Source of the DNA: Cyclobacteriaceae bacterium
GTDB taxonomy: Bacteria; Bacteroidota; Bacteroidia; Cytophagales; Cyclobacteriaceae
NCBI GenBank assembly: GCA_041751515.1
Contig: JBGSXH010000075.1
Coordinates: forward strand, 1-24,387
Length of the DNA stretch: 24,387 bases
Direction of reading: 5' to 3'
In this document: in pieces, positions 1 to 7,389 of the stretch
Layout: each line of letters opens with the position of its first letter
Position numbering within the stretch: the first letter of the stretch is position 1
Made by a program: the position numbers and the translations under genes
Notes under the pieces: model-generated
The model's database searches: none
Told to the model about the DNA's origin: nothing
The model's input: the letters and a program-made list of their open reading frames with translations, nothing else

Positions 1-151
1 AAACGCTCATTAAAGGCTTTTCTATCAAGTTTTAGTAATTTCATGCAATTGTAATTTACTACAATATAACGCTTAATAACCTCATAATCAACTACTTGAT
101 ATCTAAATAAGTAACCCTATAAATAAATTCAATGATGGGTCTGTATCGTTC

Positions 152-862
152 GTGAAAGCATTAAATAATGATGAAACTCTAATTGGGGGATTTTTCGATA
201 GCTTCGATGGTTGGGAAGGGCCCCTACGATATGTTAAACTTTCTAAAAATGGCGAAATCGTTCCTGAGTTTTTGGAAAATCAAGAGTCAAAATTGCTACT
301 TCCACATAGTCCATCTAGAGCAAAGATTATTCAGGTCGACAATATTATATTCATCAATACCGCGTTAGGCCAGATTTTAGCAATGGATATAGATGGCAAT
401 AATATTAACCTAAATTTACCTTTCCCGAACGAAAACATAAGCCATATTCTAGCGGCACCTGACAATAAACCATCAAACGCACGCACAAAAAATGCGTCTA
501 AAAAGCTATTGGTATTCAGAGATTTAGCAACTCTAAAAGAAGGCGAATCCTTTATGGTTGAAGTCGCTGTAAATGAGCAATTAGTCACGAGCATTACCGA
601 CCCAAAATTGCAGAAAACCTTTCTCATCTACCCAAATCCAGCTAACAACAATTTGTATATCCAGCCGACCAAGGCAGCGGAAAGCCTTATAATTGTATTG
701 CATAACAATCAGGGTAAAATGGTGGAAAGTGTCACTTTCCTGCATGTTGGCGAAAATGAGCCTGTTACTATGGCCATAGACAATTTATCTTCAGACATTT
801 ATTTCGTGCAGTATAAAGACAGTAATGGAGAACACTATACCAGCAAGTTTATGAAGCAATAA
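152..862 (+). CDS. T9SS type A sorting (CTD) domain protein, probably an N-terminally truncated fragment
   Basis: The C-terminus 'FLIYPNPANNNLYI...LHNNQGKMV...LSSDIYFVQY...TSKFMKQ' matches the T9SS type A CTD pattern (YPNP ... G/DxY ... K-F/I). The N-terminal part 'LIGGFFDSFDG...VKLSKNGEIVPEF' resembles a delta-60-like beta-propeller repeat. There is no signal peptide. The start is GTG, with an in-frame TAA at 104-106. Confidence 0.7.
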   Translation: MKALNNDETLIGGFFDSFDGWEGPLRYVKLSKNGEIVPEFLENQESKLLLPHSPSRAKIIQVDNIIFINTALGQILAMDIDGNNINLNLPFPNENISHILAAPDNKPSNARTKNASKKLLVFRDLATLKEGESFMVEVAVNEQLVTSITDPKLQKTFLIYPNPANNNLYIQPTKAAESLIIVLHNNQGKMVESVTFLHVGENEPVTMAIDNLSSDIYFVQYKDSNGEHYTSKFMKQ

Positions 863-878
863 ACGGTACTGGACGGAT

Positions 879-1997
879 TCAGACCAATTGCAAAAACCAA
901 AATATCAGCATAGCGCAAAGCGCTCCTACAGGCAAAGTCAATACCCAGGAAAGTACAATAGAAGCAACCATACTCTTGTCTGTACTTTTAGTGATTTTTC
1001 CGATTCCGAAAATTGCCCCTACTGAAACGTGGGTGGTAGAGACTGGCAGTCCAAAAACACTTGCGCTTGTTACCAATAACCCTGTGACCATATTTGCGGT
1101 AAACCCCTGTCCCTGATTCATCGTGCTGATTTTATTGGACATTGTTTGGGCTACTCTTCTGGAGTTTATTAGTCCGCCTATGGCCATAGCAGTGCCAATG
1201 GCCAGCATACCCCATTGCACATTCAGGGTGTTAACAACCAAAAGCAGACTTAGAATTTTGGGGGTATCATTCAAACCACGGGCGAAGCTCGTTATGCCAG
1301 CACTCAAAAAGTGTGCTATTGATAACAATCGATTTGCGCTAAGCCCCAAAACATCTCCCTGATAAACCTCCTGACAGTATCCTTCCGTACCGACTATCAT
1401 TCTTTTCTCCCTTTTTAATAGTACAGCACTGGCCTGCACTTCACAAGCGCTTTCTACCGGCACTACTGTATCGCCGATACATAAACACGTTTTTCTATCT
1501 ACCTTCATCAATTTACGACAATTCGTAAATAGCAGATAAAGCAGCAGGCTGCCAACGAAAGCCGCAACCGGGCCGAGAATCAACGGCAGCAGGAAAGTTT
1601 GACCTAGTTTAATATAGTTAAACTGTCCGCCCAACACCAGCATACCAATACCCCACAAACCGCCTACTAAGGCATGAGTGGTTGACACCGGCATACCGAT
1701 TTTAGTGGCAATAAATACCGTAATCCCGGCCCCTAAAGCAAGGGACAAAGCAAAATCAGTATTGAGCAGCAAGGCATCAGGCACCAATCCTTTGCCAGAG
1801 AAATTCTCCAAAAGTGTGCTTGCGAGTACCAAGGCAGATATGGATCCAAGAAAAGTCGTGATCGTAGCCCAGGATAATGCCTGCTTAAAACTCGCTACAC
1901 CACTTCCATACAAGGTGGCCACTCCTTTAAAATTATCATTTGCCCCATTACTATAAGACAAGAAGAAAGTGGCAATGCCAAGTACAATTATCACCAT
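879..1997 (-). CDS. PiT/PHO4-family inorganic phosphate (anion) transporter with a Cys-rich central loop
   Basis: PiT signatures 'NGANDNFKGVATLYGSG' and 'RGLNDTPK', a duplicated 'PVSTTH' motif, and multiple hydrophobic TM segments. Confidence 0.92.
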   Translation of the reverse strand: MVIIVLGIATFFLSYSNGANDNFKGVATLYGSGVASFKQALSWATITTFLGSISALVLASTLLENFSGKGLVPDALLLNTDFALSLALGAGITVFIATKIGMPVSTTHALVGGLWGIGMLVLGGQFNYIKLGQTFLLPLILGPVAAFVGSLLLYLLFTNCRKLMKVDRKTCLCIGDTVVPVESACEVQASAVLLKREKRMIVGTEGYCQEVYQGDVLGLSANRLLSIAHFLSAGITSFARGLNDTPKILSLLLVVNTLNVQWGMLAIGTAMAIGGLINSRRVAQTMSNKISTMNQGQGFTANMVTGLLVTSASVFGLPVSTTHVSVGAIFGIGKITKSTDKSMVASIVLSWVLTLPVGALCAMLIFWFLQLV

Positions 1998-2110
1998 TTA
2001 TATAGCGCTTATCATGAGATGAAGAATTTAAAAACCTGCAATATATCCAAGTAATGCAGGCCTTCTATATTTGAGAATCTAAAACTTTACGCATCAGCAT
2101 AGACTATAAT

Positions 2111-2150
2111 TGTACGAACAATGAAAGTACAGTGGATTTTGCTTAAAGAA
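2111..2150 (-). promoter_or_regulatory. Candidate operator/promoter motif upstream of the PiT gene (copy 1; TGTAC-N11-GTACA dyad)
   Basis: 2113-2150 matches 5756-5793 at 28/38 positions without gaps. The core TACGAACAAT-nn-AAGTAC matches at 16/18. It lies 116 nt upstream of the PiT start codon. Confidence 0.5.
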
Positions 2151-2357
2151 AAAAGTTTGCTCCCTGATTTCACATCAACCCGTATAAATTATTTACGTAG
2201 CCGCAGTTTATACCGGGAAAGTATAGAATAAACCGGTAATACTATTTTATCTAAACCATATCGCTTATTAGTAAAATTGGTATATAGTGGGTAAGCAATC
2301 GGTTGAATGGCGCAAAATATTTTAACTTGGACTCGTCTTCAATCGATGCTTATACTT

Positions 2358-3497
2358 ATGAAAACTCTGTTTTTATCGTTTTCCCTTATCCTCCTCGCCA
2401 TTAACTTTTCGCTATCGCAAAAACAGCTCATCGATACTGATGCGACCAGTGAAACCCGGGCTCTGTACCGTAATCTCGGCAAGCTGGCAAAAAAGCATAC
2501 ACTCTTTGCTCACCAGCATGCGACGGAGTATGGCCACGGCTGGTCTGGTGATGAAGACCGCTCCGATGTAAAATCGGTCACGGGCACACATCCCGCCATG
2601 ATTGGTGTGGATATCATGGGATTCAGTGGTAAATCACAGGAGGAGATTGCCCAAAACAAGGCGAGTTTAAAGCAAAATGTACTGGACACTTACCATCGTG
2701 GTGGTGTTACCACTGTGGCCTGGCATTTCGCTAATCCAGTTTCCGATGGTGGCTTTTACTGGAAAGACAGCGTTTCGCTGCCAGCCGTCAGCTATATCAT
2801 TCCCGGCGCTGAAGCCCATGAAGCGTACAAGGCTATTCTGGACGATATCGGCGATTGGGCCAATAGTCTGCAGGCAGAAAACGGCGAATTGGTGCCGCTC
2901 ATTTTTCGCCCTTACCACGAATTTGATGGCGATTGGTTCTGGTGGGGTGCCAGGCATTGCAGCCGCGAGAAATTCATCGACCTATGGCAATTTACAGTCA
3001 GCTATCTCCGCGATACGCTTGATGTGCATAACTTCATTTATGCCTTCACCCCAGACAATCGTTTTGACGACGAAGCTTCTTTTCTGGAAAGATACCCTGG
3101 CGACGAGTGGGTGGACATGGTAGGGATGGACAATTATGCCGACCTGGGCCGCGACCGCTACGATATTGAAACTGCTGCAGCTAAGCTCAAAATCGTGTCC
3201 GACTACGCAAAAAAAGCCAACAAGCTGGCCGCCTTTACCGAAACCGGACTGGAATCCATTCCCGACACTACCTGGTGGACGAAAACCCTACTTGCCACTA
3301 TGCGCAAGCACGATATGCAGCTCTCCTATGTGCTGGTATGGCGTAACGATATCAATAGTCCTACGCACTATTACGCGCCGTTCCCCGGCCACGAAAGTGT
3401 GCCCGACTTCATTAAATTCCGCAAAGACGAATACACCCTTTTCGAAGAAGACCTGGATAATATTTACAAAAGAAAACGGTTTTTAGGCATATTTTAG
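2358..3497 (+). CDS. Glycoside hydrolase family 26 beta-mannanase with a signal peptide
   Basis: GH26 motifs 'RPYHEFDGDWFWWG' (acid/base Glu), 'YPGDEWVDMVGMDNY' and 'AFTETG' (nucleophile Glu). The ATG at 2358 (MKTLFLSFSLILLAINFSLSQ) begins a typical signal peptide and is preferred to the ORF-track start at 2307. Confidence 0.92.
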   Translation: MKTLFLSFSLILLAINFSLSQKQLIDTDATSETRALYRNLGKLAKKHTLFAHQHATEYGHGWSGDEDRSDVKSVTGTHPAMIGVDIMGFSGKSQEEIAQNKASLKQNVLDTYHRGGVTTVAWHFANPVSDGGFYWKDSVSLPAVSYIIPGAEAHEAYKAILDDIGDWANSLQAENGELVPLIFRPYHEFDGDWFWWGARHCSREKFIDLWQFTVSYLRDTLDVHNFIYAFTPDNRFDDEASFLERYPGDEWVDMVGMDNYADLGRDRYDIETAAAKLKIVSDYAKKANKLAAFTETGLESIPDTTWWTKTLLATMRKHDMQLSYVLVWRNDINSPTHYYAPFPGHESVPDFIKFRKDEYTLFEEDLDNIYKRKRFLGIF

Positions 3498-3532
3498 ACT
3501 TTAGAATAATCAAATCCTTGTTTTATGCCTTA

Positions 3533-4492
3533 TCAGAAATAAATAGGATGCATGATAAGTTGTTTTTGCGTATTGTACTCCAGGGCAGGCATTGGAATTC
3601 TGTACATGCTTATCAAATAGATGGCAGTCTTCAAAAACTTATTCTTCACAGGAAGATATCGTAAATCGATATCAGGTGAAATAAAGAATTGCCGATAGGA
3701 ATTATAGCCATGTGCCAAATTTTTATCAGGATTCCCGTAAACCATGCCTCCTGCGCCATAGCCAGCAGCGATATTCAGCCATTTGGGGAAATTACTATCG
3801 TTTTTTAGAAATGCGAATATGTCCACAGAGTACCAATACGTCTGTCCGTTATAATCCTGCAGCAGCTGTTCAGCAAAAGTACTTCCAAACATTTCTAGTC
3901 GCTGGGGAGAATATTCCGATCTGCTGAAAGAAAATTTCGGCATAATGCGAATTTCCTTCCAGGTAAGCTCCTGCGCAATGACAGCTGCAGAGCCCAGCGT
4001 ATTGGCTGCAAAATCACTGACCGAAAAGCCATATTGTGAACTGAATCCGTCAAATATTTCGATGGGAGTCTGTAAAACAAAACCAAGCATTCCGCCAATC
4101 CAGATTGCTTTCTTCTCCTGCACACCCGCCCAACGCAGGGCATCTATGCCGGCACGGCTCTGGTGAAAAGCCGTGTAGAAATGGCCTGCTTTGTCCATTT
4201 GGTTCCAATAAAGCAGGTCATCGTGAAATTGAAAACTGCTTCTGGTATCCTGAGAATACCAGATATGATTTAAGGCAACAAGACTTGCTGCATAGCCGAC
4301 CCCAAAGCCTACGGATAAGCCTATCAAACGCCGCTTCTTTTGTTCGGCCGTAAGTGTGTCAGCTGGCGTCTCGCTCCCTTCTTGTGCCTGAGCATTAACC
4401 TGTATGTTCAGGGAACTACAAACGAGGCATAGTACAAGGAAAAGAGATAAATAGCACCTCCTAAAAATGCGATACAGCATTGAGATAGGCAT
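3533..4492 (-). CDS. DUF2279 (YfiM-like) domain-containing protein
   Basis: Signal-peptide-like N-terminus, 'WNQMDKAGHFYTAF' (DKxGH), 'IEIFDGFS..YGFSVSDFAANTLG', 'DYNGQTYWYS', and a C-terminal aromatic residue. This pattern is typical of Bacteroidota DUF2279 proteins. Confidence 0.8.
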   Translation of the reverse strand: MPISMLYRIFRRCYLSLFLVLCLVCSSLNIQVNAQAQEGSETPADTLTAEQKKRRLIGLSVGFGVGYAASLVALNHIWYSQDTRSSFQFHDDLLYWNQMDKAGHFYTAFHQSRAGIDALRWAGVQEKKAIWIGGMLGFVLQTPIEIFDGFSSQYGFSVSDFAANTLGSAAVIAQELTWKEIRIMPKFSFSRSEYSPQRLEMFGSTFAEQLLQDYNGQTYWYSVDIFAFLKNDSNFPKWLNIAAGYGAGGMVYGNPDKNLAHGYNSYRQFFISPDIDLRYLPVKNKFLKTAIYLISMYRIPMPALEYNTQKQLIMHPIYF

Positions 4493-4623
4493 TAATGAAC
4501 CGGTTAAAAATAAAATGCCGCATTATACTAACATTTTAATAAATTAACTACCGAAAGTATAAATTATAGAGGAACTTTGTCATCCATTAAACAACTTCAA
4601 ACGCTTTCCTTAGGCCAAAAAGC

Positions 4624-4658
4624 AACAGGGCTGCTAATGGTTAATTAACAGCCCTGTT
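4624..4658 (-). terminator. Probable intrinsic terminator downstream of arsM
   Basis: Perfect 10-bp inverted repeat AACAGGGCTG (4624-4633) / CAGCCCTGTT (4649-4658), followed on the minus strand by GCTTTTT. It lies 25 nt past the arsM stop. Confidence 0.7.
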
Positions 4659-4682
4659 TAGCCAATTCGGTGCTATAGTGCA

Positions 4683-5654
4683 TCAGCAACATCCGCCTCC
4701 ATCATAATAAAAAGTACTTTCTGACAGATAAATATCTTTCCTTTCAAGTCCAGCCAGCGCTTTGGCCGTCTTATCGCAAACCGCCAATGGCTGATTGGGC
4801 ACTAGTGTATGCCCCTTATGATCATCAAAATACTCCTCATTACCATAGTAAATGGCTGTTTTACCTGTAAATATGCATGGACCATCCTCAGGCATAGGGT
4901 CTTTGATAGCGCAGATTTCGACACTTTCGATATAGATTAACTCCTGCGTATCATATTGCCCTGGCGCCAATATGCGGTAAGGTCGTTTGGCACGTATTTC
5001 AACTGTACCAAAGCCAACTTCCGTGATGGTATCAAGGTAGGCTTGCAGCGGCAGTGAACCGCTGAGGCAAAGGGCACGCAGCCTATCATCTTCCCGCAAA
5101 CTTTCCGGCATATCCTGCTCACAGATAGGATCACTCATCACAAGCCGACCATTTGGTTTCAGAACTCGGTACATTTCCTCCAGAGCTTTCTTCAGATCCT
5201 CCACTTTAAATATATTGAAAAGACAGTTTTGTGCAGCTACATCAATACTGTTATCGGCTACCGGCAAGTTGAGCGCATCTCCCTGCTTCAGGCTCACAAA
5301 ACTTTTATCGAACCAGGGGTTCATTTTTTCAGCTTCTAAGAAATTTTGTGCAGAAGCTTCAAGCATTTCTTCTACCACATCTACCCCGATCACCCCGGCA
5401 GGTTTTCTACTAAAATAAGCAAACTGTAGCAGCTCCATGCCACCACCAACACCCACATACAATACTGTAGGTGCGTTAGCCAGGTCACGAGGGTTTACCG
5501 TACTGCCACAGCCATAATTCATCTCGAGCATGCGTTTGGGCATGGACAGCTCCGGCAATTGCCAGATGGGCGTTGTGGTGCAACAAAGCCCTACATCTGG
5601 CGTAATGGCTGCGGTCTTATAAACATCTTTCGTAGTTTCTAAATAAGTATTCAT
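4683..5654 (-). CDS. arsM: Arsenite S-adenosylmethionine methyltransferase, cyanobacterial/arsenosugar-associated type
   Basis: The N-terminus 'YLETT..VY...A..PDVGLCC' with 'MNYGCGSTV.P.DL', SAM motif I 'VLYVGVGGG', 'QNCLFN', 'ALCLSG' and a terminal 'GGGCC' match, from recall, the Synechocystis-type ArsM subfamily. The ArsM catalytic Cys positions are present. Confidence 0.88.
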   Translation of the reverse strand: MNTYLETTKDVYKTAAITPDVGLCCTTTPIWQLPELSMPKRMLEMNYGCGSTVNPRDLANAPTVLYVGVGGGMELLQFAYFSRKPAGVIGVDVVEEMLEASAQNFLEAEKMNPWFDKSFVSLKQGDALNLPVADNSIDVAAQNCLFNIFKVEDLKKALEEMYRVLKPNGRLVMSDPICEQDMPESLREDDRLRALCLSGSLPLQAYLDTITEVGFGTVEIRAKRPYRILAPGQYDTQELIYIESVEICAIKDPMPEDGPCIFTGKTAIYYGNEEYFDDHKGHTLVPNQPLAVCDKTAKALAGLERKDIYLSESTFYYDGGGCC

Positions 5655-5753
5655 ATATTCCCGTATTTTTCTTTAAATAGTAATAGGTATAATTAATTGC
5701 GCTGGCTGTTACTTGACCATACAAAAGCTGATGCTAAATATATAGATATTAGG

Positions 5754-5793
5754 TATACGAACAATTGAAGTACGGCAGATCTGATTTAAAAAA
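5754..5793 (-). promoter_or_regulatory. Candidate operator/promoter motif upstream of arsM (copy 2; TATAC-N11-GTACG on the + strand)
   Basis: Ungapped 28/38 match to 2113-2150. It lies 102 nt upstream of the arsM start, in the same orientation relative to the gene as copy 1. Confidence 0.5.
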
Positions 5794-6006
5794 TTAACGG
5801 TCTTCTGTAAAAAATTCATAGTTTAAATTATTTTCAGCAAATGCGTCGTGGTAAGGATTGGCTACGGGAATGGTGATGCCTTCAGTTAAGAAGGCGCCGG
5901 GGGGGGCCTGTAGATGAAATTTCAGGAACCGCTGCTCACCGAGAAATTAAGTAAGGCGTCGAAAATTCAGATTAGATAAGGAACAGCGTTGAACTTTAAT
6001 TTGCAG

Positions 6007-6014
6007 CAAAAATA
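6007..6014 (-). promoter_or_regulatory. Bacteroidota primary-sigma -7 element pointing toward arsM
   Basis: The minus strand reads TATTTTTG(C), an exact match to the TAnnTTTG consensus. No clear TTTG -33 box sits at canonical spacing. Confidence 0.45.
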
Positions 6015-6221
6015 CAGCAATCGCCCATAAAGATTATTAAAACCTCTACGGTTTTCAGATAGCCGATAAAATTTAGAGCGCTGCATTGACGCATACATTC
6101 TTTTCCCTGACCTGAAAGATAGTGTAAGAAGCAGAGCAGTGACCAGCGATCGTCTACATAATTTTTCATCTCATTAGCAACTTTAGCTAACAAGGCAAAC
6201 ACTTTTTTGCTGATGCCAAAA

Positions 6222-6252
6222 GCGTCAACACTTTATTTAAAAGTATTGACGC
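6222..6252 (-). terminator. Probable intrinsic terminator after the DUF6249 gene
   Basis: Hairpin GCGTCAA-c-ACTT ... AAGT-a-TTGACGC, followed on the minus strand by TTTT. It lies about 27 nt past the stop at 6279. Confidence 0.65.
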
Positions 6253-6278
6253 CTTCCTGCAGCGTTTTTTTCCCTCCT

Positions 6279-6641
6279 TTACAGCTTATCCTTGTCAGAC
6301 AACCTATTGACAATAAAGAAATAAAGCAGAAAGCCCAGGGCAATCGAAAAGGTAAATAAGCCATAAGGCAATGGAGAATGCGGACTAACAGGTATAAATT
6401 CCATCACCATCAAGGCCAGACCGCCAAAAAAGATGATCAATCCCCATTTTAGTGCTTCGTATTTATTGTTTGCGTTGTGTTCTTTGAATATGGCCTGCGT
6501 GTCGTCATTGACATAACCCTTGTCGACCATCCGCTTTCTGAGAAAATAGGTGGTGAGTGTTTTAACAAAAAAGACAATGGTAGCCCCTATGGTAGCAAGC
6601 ACGCCAACAGGCGTTAGGAAATCTGCGAGATTCTGATCCAT
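6279..6641 (-). CDS. DUF6249-type small membrane protein (three predicted TM segments)
   Basis: '..IVFFV....Y.LRKRMVDKG' followed by 'ALKWGLIIFFGGLAL' and 'YGLFTFSIALGFLLYF'. It is divergent from an ECF sigma factor, the arrangement I recall for DUF6249 in Bacteroidota. Confidence 0.75.
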   Translation of the reverse strand: MDQNLADFLTPVGVLATIGATIVFFVKTLTTYFLRKRMVDKGYVNDDTQAIFKEHNANNKYEALKWGLIIFFGGLALMVMEFIPVSPHSPLPYGLFTFSIALGFLLYFFIVNRLSDKDKL

Positions 6642-6676
6642 GATTTTTTCTTTAAGTTTGAATTGTTACTCCATTG

Positions 6677-6708
6677 GACATGACGTGTATGGCTATCGGT
6701 TGCAATTA
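6677..6708 (-). promoter_or_regulatory. ECF-type promoter driving the DUF6249 gene
   Basis: The minus strand reads TAATTGCAACCGATA-N13-TGTC. The -35 block, spacer length and -10 are identical to the promoter at 6775-6806. Confidence 0.75.
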
Positions 6709-6774
6709 AATTTAAATCTTTTTAAAGATTGATAAAATTGGGTTTCGGCAGCAGTCCGAAAATTAATTTATCCC

Positions 6775-6806
6775 TAATTGCAACCGATATACCGCAATAG
6801 CTTGTC
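6775..6806 (+). promoter_or_regulatory. ECF-type (autoregulatory) promoter driving the sigma / anti-sigma operon
   Basis: The plus strand reads TAATTGCAACCGATA-N13-TGTC, with an AAC-containing -35 and a GTC-containing -10 as in ECF promoters. It ends 10 nt before the ATG at 6817. Confidence 0.75.
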
Positions 6807-6816
6807 TTATCAAATA

Positions 6817-7389
6817 ATGAATGAAGAAAAAGCCAGGGTAAACCAGATTTTGCAGGGAGATATGAAAGCCTTTACGCTGCTCATCAAAGATTATGAGCGG
6901 CTCGTAAAACATATGGTTTGTCGTGTCCTGAGCAATCAGGAAGATGTGGAAGAGCTTTGTCAGGATGTGTTCATCAAAGTATATGAAGAACTAAAAAACT
7001 TCAAGTTTCAGTCCAAACTTTCCACCTGGATCGCCACTATCGCTTATCGCATGAGCATTAATCATGTTCGAAAGAAAAGGCTGCCTATAGAAGATCCTGC
7101 TCAGGCTGAAAAGCAATTTCTGAAGTTTGCCGTCCATACAGAATCGCCAGAAAAACATATCGCAGCAGAAGATCTGGGCAATTACATACGGCAAATGATT
7201 GCGCAACTTCCCGTGCATTACAGCGTAGTCATCACTTTATACCATCTGGAAGAAATGAATATTGGAGAGATTTGTGAAGTTACTCAGATGCCCGAAGGCA
7301 CGGTGAAAAACTATTTGTTCAGAGCAAGAAAACTCATGAAGGAGAAGCTTGAAAAATTTATGGCAAAGGAGGATTATTATGAACGATAA
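6817..7389 (+). CDS. ECF RNA polymerase sigma-70 factor (SigW/RpoE-like)
   Basis: Region 2 'DVEELCQDVFIKVY..L..F.FQSKLSTWIATIAYR.SIN' and region 4 'QLP.HY..VITLYHLEEM..GEICEVT.MPEGTVKNYLFRARK'. The ORF-track TTG at 6778 lies inside the promoter, so ATG 6817 is preferred. Confidence 0.95.
   Translation: MNEEKARVNQILQGDMKAFTLLIKDYERLVKHMVCRVLSNQEDVEELCQDVFIKVYEELKNFKFQSKLSTWIATIAYRMSINHVRKKRLPIEDPAQAEKQFLKFAVHTESPEKHIAAEDLGNYIRQMIAQLPVHYSVVITLYHLEEMNIGEICEVTQMPEGTVKNYLFRARKLMKEKLEKFMAKEDYYER

Noticed and set aside
2358-3497. Impression of higher GC in the GH26 gene suggesting horizontal transfer
   Set aside because: Spot counts of 60-nt lines vary as much within other genes. This needs a computed GC3/codon analysis.
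5862-5945. Fluoride-riboswitch-like start (GGGAATGGTGATGCC ... AACCGC) and a SAM-I-like fragment (GATGAAA...GGAACC) on the + strand
   Set aside because: P1 pairs imperfectly, the conserved GCTGATGAC segment (fluoride) and the TTATC/GAGGGA core (SAM-I) are absent, and the orientation points at no downstream gene.
5996-6202. 68-aa minus-strand ORF in the ORF track
   Set aside because: No recognisable motif. It starts just past a terminator and overlaps the TAnnTTTG promoter box, so it is probably spurious.
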